DNA of 64,000 bases from a bacterium (GTDB lineage: Bacteria; UBA8248; JACPRG01; G963555815): NCBI GenBank assembly GCA_965218795.1, contig OZ244653.1:3264001-3328000 (forward strand), read 5' to 3'. The notes beneath the pieces were generated by a model. It was not told the origin of the DNA, searched no databases, and worked only from the letters and a program-made list of their open reading frames with translations. Of the stretch, positions 15,735 through 26,010 are shown in pieces. Positions within the stretch are counted from its first letter, which is position 1; every line of letters begins with the position of its first letter. Made by a program: the position numbers and the translations under genes.

Positions 15735-17886
15735 AGGCTTCCGCAGACGGGCCCGGACGGCACTCGACGATACCAACCTCCAGGAAGCGTTGCGACGGGC
15801 CACCCATTCCTTTGATACCCGCCGGGCCGGCGCCCTCGCAACGCTGGAGAACTCGGATGCTCTGAGGACGCAGGCCTCGAAAATCCGGTCTGACACTCTC
15901 ACCCACATCGACAGCCATCTGGCCGCACTCACCCAGCGTGTCCAGGCGGCGGGAGGAATCGTACACTTTTGCGACAACCCCGAAGCGGTCCGCCGAACCG
16001 TTTTGGAAATCTCCGAACGGCGGGGCAGGCCGCCCATCATTAAATCCAAGTCCATGGCGACGGAAGAGATTCACCTGAACGCCTCCCTGGAGGCCGCGGG
16101 CCTTTCCCCGGTGGAAACGGACCTGGGCGAATGGATTCTTCAGTTGGCGGGCGAGCCTCCCTCGCACCTCATCGCCCCCGCCATTCACAAGACCACCGAG
16201 CAGATTGCGGACATCTTCAATGACAAGTTCGGGGAATCGCTGCCGCCGACGGAAAACGAAGCCATGACCGCCTTCGCGCGTATGAAGCTGCGGGAGGCTT
16301 TCCTCGCGGCCGGAATCGGCATCAGCGGCGTGAACTTCGCGATCTCAGAGACGGGAACGGTCGTTCTGGTCACAAACGAGGGCAACGGCCGATTGGTCAC
16401 GAGCATTCCCCCCGTTCACATCGCCGTGATGGGGCTGGAAAAGGTCGTTCCGACCGTCGAGGAAGTTTGCCTGTTGCTGAAGCTCTTGGCGCGCTGCGGC
16501 ACCGGCCAGAAGATGACCGCCTATGTGACGATGGTGACGGGGACCGTCCGGGACATGGACCGGGCGGAGGGCCCCGAGGAGTTTCACCTGATCATTCACG
16601 ACGGCGGCCGTTCGGCCCAACTCGCCGGACCTTTTCAAGAAGCCCTGAACTGCATCAAATGCGGCGCCTGTCTCAACGCCTGCCCGGTCTACCGGAAAGT
16701 GGGCGGACACGCCTATGACTCCACGTACCCCGGTCCGATCGGCTCGATTCTCTCGCCCATGTTGTGGGGGCATGAGAGCTCGGGAGATCTCCCGTATGCC
16801 TCCTCCCTCTGCGGCGCCTGTCTGGACGCCTGCCCGGTCAAAGTGGACATCCCCCGTATGCTTCTGGAGATGAGGGCCTCGGCGACGAAACAGAAGGACA
16901 CGCCCTGGATGGAGCGCGCGCTCTTTCGAACGGGTGGGTTCATCCTGCGGCACGCCTGGGTCTATCAGGCGGTCACCTGGACGGCATCGAAGATTCAGCG
17001 ACCGTTCGCGGCGGACGGGGGCCTCACTTGGGCGCCTTGGCCGGTCAGCCGCTGGACTCGTAAACGGTTGTTCCCGGCCCTTGCCGGCCGCTCCTTCCAG
17101 TCCCGGTGGAAGGCGCTGCAATGGGAAGAGCCCGTCCCATCCGGGCGGGTGCCGTCGGGCGAGGGGAGCCGGTCGTCAAACGGACAGACCCCGCCGATGA
17201 TTCGGCGGGCCGCGCGGTCGCTTGAAACCGGCGTTCCGCATGCCAGCGGACTCCGGATCCAGCCCGTGCCTCCGCCGCCGGGGGACCGTCCCGAGCGATT
17301 TTGTGTTGAGCTGGAAGCAGTGAACGGAAAGGCCTACCGTGCGGGCGGACTGGCGGAGGCCTCCCGGACCGTAGCCGAGATCATCCGGGAAAAGCAGGTC
17401 CGGACCCTGGCCTGCTGGGATACGCCCATGCTGCGGATCCTGGAAGGGGCCGTTGCGGCGGAGGGATGTAACGCCGAATGGCTCTGGGGAGCCGGCCGTC
17501 ACTCGGATTTCGATCGGTTGAAGACGGCGGACTTGGGGATCACCGAAGCGGATTTCGGCATGTCTGCGTCGGGGACGCTGGTCTTGCTCGCCAAGCCGGG
17601 ACGGTCACGCCAGGTTTCCCTATTGCCCGAGACGCATCTCGCCCTCCTGCCGGAGAACCGTCTCATCGAGGGCCTGGAGGATCTTCCCGAAATCATTCTC
17701 GACACGTTCCGCCCGAAGAACGGGCCGAACGGCATTCAGGCGATCGATTTCATCACGGGACCCAGCCGGAGCTCGGACATCGGCATGATTCCGACGCTCG
17801 GGGCCCACGGGCCCAAGGAGGTTCACGTCATCCTGCTAAGGGGCGATTCGCACGAGGGGAATCCGCCGGGGGAAGAACCCGCTTGA
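15724..17886 (+). CDS. lutB: LutB-LutC fusion (lactate utilization Fe-S protein plus C-terminal LUD domain)
   Basis: KSKSMATEEI, ETDLGEWI, TNEGNGR, CIKCGACLNACPVY and SSLCGACLDACPV, followed by LutC motifs GITEADF...SGTLV, SLLPETH and ITGPSRSSDI...GAHGP. Confidence 0.88.
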   Translation: MPHKGFRRRARTALDDTNLQEALRRATHSFDTRRAGALATLENSDALRTQASKIRSDTLTHIDSHLAALTQRVQAAGGIVHFCDNPEAVRRTVLEISERRGRPPIIKSKSMATEEIHLNASLEAAGLSPVETDLGEWILQLAGEPPSHLIAPAIHKTTEQIADIFNDKFGESLPPTENEAMTAFARMKLREAFLAAGIGISGVNFAISETGTVVLVTNEGNGRLVTSIPPVHIAVMGLEKVVPTVEEVCLLLKLLARCGTGQKMTAYVTMVTGTVRDMDRAEGPEEFHLIIHDGGRSAQLAGPFQEALNCIKCGACLNACPVYRKVGGHAYDSTYPGPIGSILSPMLWGHESSGDLPYASSLCGACLDACPVKVDIPRMLLEMRASATKQKDTPWMERALFRTGGFILRHAWVYQAVTWTASKIQRPFAADGGLTWAPWPVSRWTRKRLFPALAGRSFQSRWKALQWEEPVPSGRVPSGEGSRSSNGQTPPMIRRAARSLETGVPHASGLRIQPVPPPPGDRPERFCVELEAVNGKAYRAGGLAEASRTVAEIIREKQVRTLACWDTPMLRILEGAVAAEGCNAEWLWGAGRHSDFDRLKTADLGITEADFGMSASGTLVLLAKPGRSRQVSLLPETHLALLPENRLIEGLEDLPEIILDTFRPKNGPNGIQAIDFITGPSRSSDIGMIPTLGAHGPKEVHVILLRGDSHEGNPPGEEPA

Positions 17887-18071
17887 CATGAACCGCCTCC
17901 ATGAGACTCATATTCTGTAAACTGTGGCGGCTTCGGCGTAACTTCTTGATTCTGACATCAAGGGCACCTTGATAAGCAGGGGCGACGGGGTTCACCCAAC
18001 CCTGTCTGAGAACGCATGGGCCGGGTCCAGGCAAATCGCCGAATTTCGGCCTATCGGCTGGAGGAGACACC

Positions 18072-19121
18072 ATGTCGGACAATCCACTCGGGGCGGCCAT
18101 CGTGGGTATCGGATGGTGGTCATCGCCGACCGCCAACGCCATCAAAGGCAACCCGAAATACAATCTCGTGACCTGCTACTCGCGAACCGCTGACAAGCGC
18201 AAGGCTTTCGCCGAACAATATGAATGCGGGGATTCGGAGAGCTATGAAGCCGTCCTGGCGGACGCCGAAGTCGAGGCTGTCATCCTGACGACCCCCAACT
18301 CGGTGCACGGCGAGCAGATTCTTCAGGCCATCGACGCCGGCAAGCACATCTTCGTCGAAAAACCCATCACGAACACCCTCCCCGAAGCCAGGCAAGTGGT
18401 CGATGCCCACAAGGGCTCCGGCCTCACCCTCATGTCGGGCCATTGCTACCGCCGGAACGGCGCACACCGGGCGGTCCGGCGGCTGATCGACGAGGGCCGC
18501 CTGGGCAAGCTCATCATGACCGAGTGCAACTTCAGCGTCGGGGTCGGAGCCTCCCTCACGCCGGACAAATGGCGGTACTTCGATGCGGAATGTCCCGGAG
18601 GTCCGCTCACGCAGATCGGCATCCACCATGCGGACACGATGGAGTACCTGTTCGGCCCCATCCGGTCCGTCAGCGGACGATTCAGCAAACTGGACACGCC
18701 CGCCGAGGTGAACGACGTCCATATGACGACCGTCGAGTATGAAAACGGCGCCTTGGGCTATATGGGGTGCAGCTTCGCGGTGCCAATGGTCTATACGTTC
18801 AATGCGCTCGGCAACGAGGCGTCCGTCTTCATGGCGGCCGACCGGACCAACCCCGCCGCCACTTCTGAAATCGATCAGAAGGCGGATATCTATCTCAAAG
18901 AAAAGGGAAACCCGGAAAGGGTTCCCGTGGATGTCGACCCCGCCGACATGACATACGAGCAAATGGATGAATTCGCCGACTGCGCCCGCACCGGAAAGGA
19001 ACCCGAGACCGGCGTCAAGGAAGGCGTACGGGCCGCCGCCTTCGTTCACGCGGCCATTCGATCCTCGAAAGAGGGCCGGCCGGTGGACATCGCCGACATG
19101 TTGGAAGGGATCGATCTGTAA
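18072..19121 (+). CDS. Gfo/Idh/MocA family oxidoreductase
   Basis: IVGIGWW, TPNSVH, GKHIFVEKP and GGPLTQIGIHHAD motifs. Confidence 0.92.
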   Translation: MSDNPLGAAIVGIGWWSSPTANAIKGNPKYNLVTCYSRTADKRKAFAEQYECGDSESYEAVLADAEVEAVILTTPNSVHGEQILQAIDAGKHIFVEKPITNTLPEARQVVDAHKGSGLTLMSGHCYRRNGAHRAVRRLIDEGRLGKLIMTECNFSVGVGASLTPDKWRYFDAECPGGPLTQIGIHHADTMEYLFGPIRSVSGRFSKLDTPAEVNDVHMTTVEYENGALGYMGCSFAVPMVYTFNALGNEASVFMAADRTNPAATSEIDQKADIYLKEKGNPERVPVDVDPADMTYEQMDEFADCARTGKEPETGVKEGVRAAAFVHAAIRSSKEGRPVDIADMLEGIDL

Positions 19122-19302
19122 GCCGGAGCATTTCGCAAACCAATCAGGCCGATTCCGTTGAATCCTGAAGAAAGCGATTCGGTTCTCCGACTCCGAAATC
19201 AGGAATCCTATCCATTCGAGAGAGGCCGCTGACCGGTATCTCCCGCGGGCATCATGAATTTTCAGCTTTGCAAAACACACAACCCATCAGGAGACCCTGC
19301 GC

Positions 19303-20196
19303 ATGATCAAGAACATTGCATTCATTGGATTGGGCAATATGGGGACGCCCATCTCCCGCCATTTGATGGCAGCCGGCTTCACCGTCAGCGGTTACGACGT
19401 TGTCGATGAAAGGATGGCCGCCCTTCAGGCCGACGGTTTGCGCGCCGCCTCATCGCCCGCCGACGCAGCCCGGGACGCCGACGCCGTCTTCACCATGCTG
19501 ATGCGGCCCGAGATCATCAAGGACGTCCTCTACGGGGAACAGGGGGTCGTCCACGGGGCCAAACCCGGCGCCATCCTGACCGATATGAGTACAATGTCCC
19601 CCGCTTTTCAGAAGGAGCGGTTCGCGGAGCTGGCAAAACGGGGCTTCCGGCCCTTTGAGGCGCCCGTCAGCGGGTCGGTCCCTCATGCAGAGACCAAAGC
19701 GCTCACCATCATGGGAGGCGGAGACGAGGTGGTCTTTGACGAGCTGAAGCCCGTCTTTGAGACCTTCGGGAAGAACGTTTACCTCATGGGGGAGGGAGGC
19801 AAGGGGACCTTGATGAAGCTTTTGACCAACCTCATCCTGGGCGTCAACCTGTCCGGGCTCCTGGAAGGACTGATCCTCGGCGAGAAGGGAGGACTCGCTC
19901 TCAAGCGGATGCTGGATATTCTTCGGACGGGCGCGGCCTTCTCCACGGTCATGGAGTTCAAGTATGAGCTGCTCACCGGGCGGGACTTCGGCGGGGAGGG
20001 CCTCCAGGGCTCCACCGAGCTACTCACCAAGGACATGCGCTACGCCCTGCAAGCGGGGGATGAACTGGGCGTTCCGCTTCCGCACGTCTGCCTCACGCTC
20101 CAGGACTTGATCTCCTCCGGGTCGCAGGGGAACCTGCATAAAGACTACTCGGTCCTTCTGGAGGTTCTGGAATCCCGCGCGGGGATATCAGGGTAA
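19303..20196 (+). CDS. Beta-hydroxyacid dehydrogenase (3-hydroxyisobutyrate/tartronate semialdehyde reductase family)
   Basis: FIGLGNMG, DMSTMSP, EAPVSG, KLLTN and KDM motifs. Confidence 0.9.
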   Translation: MIKNIAFIGLGNMGTPISRHLMAAGFTVSGYDVVDERMAALQADGLRAASSPADAARDADAVFTMLMRPEIIKDVLYGEQGVVHGAKPGAILTDMSTMSPAFQKERFAELAKRGFRPFEAPVSGSVPHAETKALTIMGGGDEVVFDELKPVFETFGKNVYLMGEGGKGTLMKLLTNLILGVNLSGLLEGLILGEKGGLALKRMLDILRTGAAFSTVMEFKYELLTGRDFGGEGLQGSTELLTKDMRYALQAGDELGVPLPHVCLTLQDLISSGSQGNLHKDYSVLLEVLESRAGISG

Positions 20197-20353
20197 CATG
20201 ACAGGGGCCGGCCGAGACTTCCCGCTGATAAGGCCATTTCAGGCTCGTGCGCCACGGAGGTCCTGATGGAGGCGTTACTCCTGATCCGCGAAACGACGGG
20301 CGCGCCAGCGTCCGAAAAGCCCCCCCGATTCATCGAAATTCTTTCAAGAGCCC

Positions 20354-20944
20354 TCACCGGGCGTGATGGTCGATACCCTTGTAGGCCTCGATGAATCTGA
20401 CGATGCGCTCCTCGTCGAACTCTTCGAGACGGTCGATGCGCTGCCATGCCGTCAACGCGACGAGGGGCTTCATATCGAAATAAGGCGCGACGATGACATA
20501 CTCGGGATAGCGGAGAACAATCGCCTCAATCTTCCGGACAAGCTCCGGACAGTCCCGGCACCGGTAATTGATGATCACCCCCCCGTCCTCCAGGCCATGA
20601 GCCTGCAATCCCTTGAGGAGAGCGCTTTTGTGGATGCCCCAGCGGGGGCGGGGATCATAATGGCTGCCCGATGTCGGCGGATCCGTGTTGTAGGGGAACA
20701 TCTCGGCGGATCCCATCGGGACGTGGCGATTCCCCTGACTGGGATGAAACTCCCCGGGCTGCCCGCGGGACGCCCAGGTGAAAATTCCAAAGGCCGCCGC
20801 AAGCAAAACGACGACGCCCCCCGCGTAGGAAAAAAACTTTCCGCTCTTTCGGGATTTCGTCCAGTGATCCGCCTGCTTCAGCCGGCCCGACCGGGATTCC
20901 TTCCGTTGCTGCCGCCTTCTCTCCTTGCGTGATGTATTTGTCAT
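20354..20944 (-). CDS. DUF3105-like membrane-anchored protein
   Basis: N-terminal TM; QGNRHV, YNTDPPTSGSHY, HGLEDGGVIINY and VALTAW motifs. Confidence 0.8.
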   Translation of the reverse strand: MTNTSRKERRRQQRKESRSGRLKQADHWTKSRKSGKFFSYAGGVVVLLAAAFGIFTWASRGQPGEFHPSQGNRHVPMGSAEMFPYNTDPPTSGSHYDPRPRWGIHKSALLKGLQAHGLEDGGVIINYRCRDCPELVRKIEAIVLRYPEYVIVAPYFDMKPLVALTAWQRIDRLEEFDEERIVRFIEAYKGIDHHAR

Positions 20945-21097
20945 GAGCCGGTCTTCTTCAAAAGGGTCTGGCGAGCGGTTCAACCGTCGGACAGGCCTCG
21001 ATCCACACTGCCCACCGGATCTTCCAGGAGTCATTCATCTTGAGCCAAGCGATATGCCGTTTCATCCCGAGCGGAAATCGCATCGTCCGGATTCCGT

Positions 21098-21649
21098 TCA
21101 AGCCTGCCATCGGCCCCGGAGCCAGGAGATGATCCGCTCCGGGATGGCCTCCAGCGCGTCATAGGCGACCAGCGTCACGAGGTCCGGGGCCTCGTACTGC
21201 AGCTGGATAATGTTGGTCAGATTCGTGCCGGCTTGCGCGCTGTCCGGGTGATAGAAGCCCAGGATAGGTTTTTCGTCCCGGATGAATCGCATGGTGTTTA
21301 CACCGGATCCAAGGCCCGCTTCATCGTAGCAATAGATGGCGGCCCGGGCCTCGTTCCGAAACCGGGCGTCCCGAGCGAGGACGAATTCGGCCAGTACTTC
21401 CCGTTCGTCCCAACCGTCCCGGTGCTGCTCCAGATACGGTCTCCAATCCTTATCGTAATACTCAACGGGGTCGCAGACCTTGATGGCCAATGCCTTCGCA
21501 TCAAGGTCTGGAAATTGGTTACGGTAATATCGATGCCTTGTGTCGTAACCCAGACCGGACTTTTCCAGGGCCAGGATGGCGGCGACCTTGAACGACCGCG
21601 TCGTTTCGGTCGCGTGCATCCCCTTCCCACTGACGTAGCACGGGATCAT
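21098..21649 (-). CDS. Hypothetical protein, possible nucleoside 2-deoxyribosyltransferase-like fold
   Basis: YVSG.GM at the N-terminus and RD......AAIY...GLGSGVN......KPILGFY. Confidence 0.6.
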   Translation of the reverse strand: MIPCYVSGKGMHATETTRSFKVAAILALEKSGLGYDTRHRYYRNQFPDLDAKALAIKVCDPVEYYDKDWRPYLEQHRDGWDEREVLAEFVLARDARFRNEARAAIYCYDEAGLGSGVNTMRFIRDEKPILGFYHPDSAQAGTNLTNIIQLQYEAPDLVTLVAYDALEAIPERIISWLRGRWQA

Positions 21650-22142
21650 CGAAACCCCAGCCGATCCTGATCCGAGACCTGTTTTCTGCTTCCGGCCAAT
21701 TGCTTCCGCAATATTGTAAGGGTGATCCCAGCCGGTGCAAGCGGCTGGGACAGGGGATTTACTTTGCGAGATCCCATACGCCCGTAGTCCCCGGCTCATT
21801 TCCGGCGCTGATCAACGTCTTCCCCTCCGGACCTTCTCGGAGCAAACCCGTCTCTCCTCTCACCGTTGCTTTTCCAAACCCGGTTGGCATGAGGAAATTC
21901 CTGACCGAACGGCTCAATCCGCAACGATACTCCGTAGCGACGATGCCGCCGGAACCTCCAGGCCCCGGGCAGGTCGTCCGTCAAAATTCATCGGTGTTCA
22001 TACGTATAAAAAAATCCCTGTTCCCGCAAACGATTTCTGTATAATTCTTCAAGGAGTTCTCCTTTCGGAATCCTGTCTCGATGATCCGTTTATTGAAGTT
22101 CGCGCGGCAACGTGCTCTCCGCATGCACGGAAGGGAATGATC

Positions 22143-23726
22143 ATGGAAAAAGTCGACGGAATCGTTATTGGCGCTGGTCACAACGGCCTGATCACGGCGG
22201 CCTATCTGGCCCGTGCGGGACTCAAAATGCTGATCGTTGAGCGGAACCCGGAAATCGGCGGCGGGACGACCACCGATGAGGTGACGCTGCCGGGTTTCCG
22301 ACACAATCTTCACGCGAACTTCCACTTCGGGTGCGTCGATACACCCTGGTTCCGGGATTTGGATCTGAACCGGTACGGGTTTTCCTACATCCTGCCCCCG
22401 GTCATGATCGCCATGACCTGTCAGGACGGGTCCTGCATGACCTTCCATCAGGACCCGGACAAAACGTACGCCTCCATCGCGCGTATCTCGAAGACCGACG
22501 CGGAGACCTTCCGCGAGTTGCACGAGAGGTTCTCCGTCCGGCTGAGGCCGACGATTATGTCGTTCGCTTTTTCACCGCCCCCTGTGGTCGAGGAGAAATG
22601 GAACCAATTCAAGGGGGCCGACGCCGACGCGCTCCGCTCCTACATCGAGCTATCCGTCAATGAGGCCATTGAGAAAACCTTCGAGCACGACAAGGTCCGC
22701 AACTGGTTCCGCCTCATCATTCATGCGCGCACCGTGGATTTCGATACAAAGGGATCGGGCGGCTTTTTGCCCGCTATTTTCTCCGGACTTCACCGGACGG
22801 CGATTGCCATGGGCGGCTCGCTCGAGCTTCCCCGGGCGCTCGTCCGCATCATCGGGGAATGCGGCGGATCCGTCGTGACGGACTCCACGGTCAGAGAAAT
22901 CGTAATGGATTCGGGACAAGCGCGGGGCGTCGTGATGGAGGACGGGACGCGCTATGAGGCGTCAAAGTGCGTGTTGAGCGCCATTGACGCGCCCCAGACG
23001 GTCCGACTGGCGGGGGAGGCGGCCTTTGACGATGACGTCGTCGAGAAAATGAGAAACTGGAAATGGGGGCACCATACCCTTCTGACGATCCACTTGGCCC
23101 TGAACGAGCCCCCGCAATACGCCTCGGCCTCCTTCGACCCCGACATCAATCGCACACTCAACGTTTTCATGGGACCGGAAACCTCGGACGGTTTTTACGA
23201 GAACATGGCGGAACTGGATCAAAATAAAATGCCCTCCCGCCCCATGGGGAACGGGGCGTGCAACACCCTGATCGATCCGACCTACGCGCCGGCGGGAAAG
23301 CACGTGGCCTTTTGGTGGCCGTTCGCGCGGTTCAACCTGGACGGCGACGCCAAAAACTGGGACAACGTCCGGGAGGAGGCGACCCGGCACCTTATCCAGT
23401 CTTGGGGGCGTTATGCCCCGAACGTCAACGAAGACAACATCCTCGGGAGCTACATCTTCACGCCGCTCGACATTTCGCGGAGGAACATCAACATGGAGCA
23501 CGGGGCGGTGCAATCCGGCGCTTACGATCCCGATCAGAGCGGGATCCACAGACCTCACGTCTCGATGTCGAACGCGCGGACGCCCGTTCCGGGCCTTTAC
23601 CTCTGCGGATCGACAACGGGTGCGGGAGGGGGGATGAGCGGAGCGCCGGGCTACAACGCGGCCAACACCGTCGCCGAGGATCTCAAGCTCAAAAAATGGT
23701 GGGAATCCATCACCCCCAAAGTCTAG
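22143..23726 (+). CDS. Phytoene dehydrogenase-like FAD-dependent oxidoreductase
   Basis: IVIGAGHNGLITAAYLARAG, PGFRHN, IDPTYAP.GKH, TPLD, TPVPGLYLCG and GAPGYNAA motifs. Start set at ATG 22143 after AAGGGA. Confidence 0.88.
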   Translation: MEKVDGIVIGAGHNGLITAAYLARAGLKMLIVERNPEIGGGTTTDEVTLPGFRHNLHANFHFGCVDTPWFRDLDLNRYGFSYILPPVMIAMTCQDGSCMTFHQDPDKTYASIARISKTDAETFRELHERFSVRLRPTIMSFAFSPPPVVEEKWNQFKGADADALRSYIELSVNEAIEKTFEHDKVRNWFRLIIHARTVDFDTKGSGGFLPAIFSGLHRTAIAMGGSLELPRALVRIIGECGGSVVTDSTVREIVMDSGQARGVVMEDGTRYEASKCVLSAIDAPQTVRLAGEAAFDDDVVEKMRNWKWGHHTLLTIHLALNEPPQYASASFDPDINRTLNVFMGPETSDGFYENMAELDQNKMPSRPMGNGACNTLIDPTYAPAGKHVAFWWPFARFNLDGDAKNWDNVREEATRHLIQSWGRYAPNVNEDNILGSYIFTPLDISRRNINMEHGAVQSGAYDPDQSGIHRPHVSMSNARTPVPGLYLCGSTTGAGGGMSGAPGYNAANTVAEDLKLKKWWESITPKV

Positions 23727-23777
23727 CCGAATCTTCGTCCGACCTCCGGGGCGAAAACGTCCCGGGAGGGCTCGTGC

Positions 23778-24887
23778 TCAAAGCAGGTCTTCCAGCGGCG
23801 TGTATTTCATACCCAGCGCTTCCGCCACGGCCGGAAATACGGTTCGGCCCCGACAGACATTAATGCCCTGACGCAGCATCGGACTTTCCATCGCTCCTTC
23901 GATGCCGCCGTCCGCCAGGGCGACCGCGTACGGCAGCGTGGCATGGCTGAGGGCGTAGGTGGAAGTCCTCGACACCGCGCCCGGCATGTTCGTCACCCCA
24001 TAGTGAACCACACCGTCCACCAAGTACGTGGGCTCTTGATGACTGGTGGGCCGGATCGTTTCCACGCACCCTCCCTGGTCCACGGCGACGTCGACAACCA
24101 CCGACCCGGGTTTCATTTGACGCACCCATTCCGCGGAAACCAGCTTGGGCGCAAGCGCGCCCGCGATATACACCGCTCCGATCAGGAGGTCCGCCTCACC
24201 GATGGCCTTGCGCAGGTTGAACGTATTCGATGCCAAGGTCTTGAGGCGGCCGCCGAACACGTCGTCGAGATAAGAAAGCAGCCTTTGGTTGATATCCAAC
24301 AGGGTCACGTTGGCGCCCATTCCGACCGCCACCTTGGCCGCGTTTTTCCCAACCGTTCCTCCGCCGAGAATCACCACGGAACCGGCTTCCACGCCCGGGA
24401 CCCCCGCCAGGAGAACTCCCCGGCCGCCTTCTGGCACCTCCAGATATTTCGCGCCTTCCTGGATCGACATCCGCCCGGCGATCTCGCTCATGGGCGCAAG
24501 GAGGGGAAACGTTCCGTCGGACAGTTGCATGGTCTCATAAGCGATGGCGTCCACTTGCCTCTGAACCAGGGCATCGGCCAGAGAGGGGTTCGCGGCCAGA
24601 TGCAGGAAGGTAAACAAGAGCAGCTTCTTGCGAAACAGGGGGTATTCCTCCGGCAGAGGCTCCTTCACCTTGAGCACCATCTCAGCACGAGACCAGAGAC
24701 TTCTCGCCTCCTCGACGATTTCCGCGCCGACGGCGGTAAACTCCCAGTCCTCCAGCCCGCTTCCTTCGCCGGCCCCCTTTTGGATGAGGACCTGATGGCC
24801 CGCCTCCGTAAAGGCCTGGACTCCTGCCGGGGTGACGGCGATCCGGAACTCATCCTGCTTTATCTCTTTTGGCACGCCGACAATCAC
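23778..24887 (-). CDS. ald: Alanine dehydrogenase
   Basis: GVPKEIK, KVKEP, FLHLAA, PMSEIAGR, VAVDQGG and NMPGAV motifs. Confidence 0.96.
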   Translation of the reverse strand: MIVGVPKEIKQDEFRIAVTPAGVQAFTEAGHQVLIQKGAGEGSGLEDWEFTAVGAEIVEEARSLWSRAEMVLKVKEPLPEEYPLFRKKLLLFTFLHLAANPSLADALVQRQVDAIAYETMQLSDGTFPLLAPMSEIAGRMSIQEGAKYLEVPEGGRGVLLAGVPGVEAGSVVILGGGTVGKNAAKVAVGMGANVTLLDINQRLLSYLDDVFGGRLKTLASNTFNLRKAIGEADLLIGAVYIAGALAPKLVSAEWVRQMKPGSVVVDVAVDQGGCVETIRPTSHQEPTYLVDGVVHYGVTNMPGAVSRTSTYALSHATLPYAVALADGGIEGAMESPMLRQGINVCRGRTVFPAVAEALGMKYTPLEDLL

Positions 24888-24917
24888 GTTCGGATCCCCC
24901 CCGGCGGCGGCTTGGAC

Positions 24918-25370
24918 TTACTGATGGCTTTCATCGCCTGTTTCCCCAATGAGACGATACGTCCCCGATGCTTCCGCCAACACATCTCCGGAAGCATCGG
25001 CCGCCTTGCATTGCAGGCGAGCCACGCTTCCTTTGCGGTGGAGCAGCCAAGATTCGAACGAGAGCTCCTGGCCGATGGGAGCCGGAGACCGGTAGCGCAC
25101 CTCCATCTTTCCCGTGACGGCCTTCAACCCGCGCAGAAAAAACCAGTTGGCCATCACATCGTCCAGGACCGCGCTCATGATCCCGCCGTGCAGCCAGCCG
25201 TCATATCCCTGGTGATGCTCACCCGGAGTGAAGACGGTCCGGCAGAAATCGTCCTCCAGACAGAAGATCAGGCGGAGCCCAAGAGCATTATTGGGACCGC
25301 AAACGAAACAATGGGTATTCGGGCGGGTGGAAATACGCGATGACGGCTGATGTGTAGAAGACTCGGACAT
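24918..25370 (-). CDS. PaaI family thioesterase
   Basis: CFVCGPNN..GL and HQGY...HGGIMSAVLDD motifs. Confidence 0.88.
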   Translation of the reverse strand: MSESSTHQPSSRISTRPNTHCFVCGPNNALGLRLIFCLEDDFCRTVFTPGEHHQGYDGWLHGGIMSAVLDDVMANWFFLRGLKAVTGKMEVRYRSPAPIGQELSFESWLLHRKGSVARLQCKAADASGDVLAEASGTYRLIGETGDESHQ

Positions 25371-25449
25371 AGGAGTCGGGGGTCACCGCGATAGGAGATG
25401 GGACGAAACCGGCAATCGACCCGGGGCTCAAGCAGGTGGAGGGATTGGA

Positions 25450-25971
25450 TCAGGCCTGTTCTTCGTCCCCGCCGCCTTCGGGGGCCGCCTCCTCATTCGG
25501 TTCCGTCTTCCGCTTGGACTTCTTGGCCCGGCCTTTGATCCGGTCAGAAAGCTTTCTCGCGCTTCCCGACTTCGACTCGCCAGCCTTACTGGAGGCCGCT
25601 TTCGCCTCTTTCCCGCCCCGCTCCACCAACTCCAGATACGCCATGTCGGCGTTGTCGCCGGGACGCGGGGACAGGTGAAGGATCCGGGTGTATCCACCGG
25701 GGCGCTGTGCGTAACGCCGACTCAAATCCTCAAAGAGTTTATGGACGACCGCTTTGTCCCGGATATAGGCGAACGCCTGCCGGCGGGCGTGAAGGTCGCC
25801 CCGCTTGCCGAGCGTGATCATCCGCTCAGCGATCCGCCGAACCTCTTTGGCCTTCTGCCGGGTGGTCCGGATCCGTTCCTTCCCCAGCAGGGAGGTGACC
25901 ATATTCCGGAACATCGCGATTCGGTGAGAGGTCGTCCGGCCCAGCTTGCGACCGGCCACTTGATGACGCAT
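25450..25971 (-). CDS. rplQ: 50S ribosomal protein L17 (C-terminal extension)
   Basis: [13 protein letters not shown] and RPGGYTRI motifs. Confidence 0.97.
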   Translation of the reverse strand: MRHQVAGRKLGRTTSHRIAMFRNMVTSLLGKERIRTTRQKAKEVRRIAERMITLGKRGDLHARRQAFAYIRDKAVVHKLFEDLSRRYAQRPGGYTRILHLSPRPGDNADMAYLELVERGGKEAKAASSKAGESKSGSARKLSDRIKGRAKKSKRKTEPNEEAAPEGGGDEEQA

Positions 25972-26010
25972 TGAGATAGCTCCTTGCAATCCATCCGGGG
26001 CTGCGGAAGA

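Noticed and set aside
14877-17886. Link between the lut genes and lactate supply for F420
   Set aside because: They are 10 kb apart in separate units, and the FbiE-like gene points to PEP; no evidence for a link.
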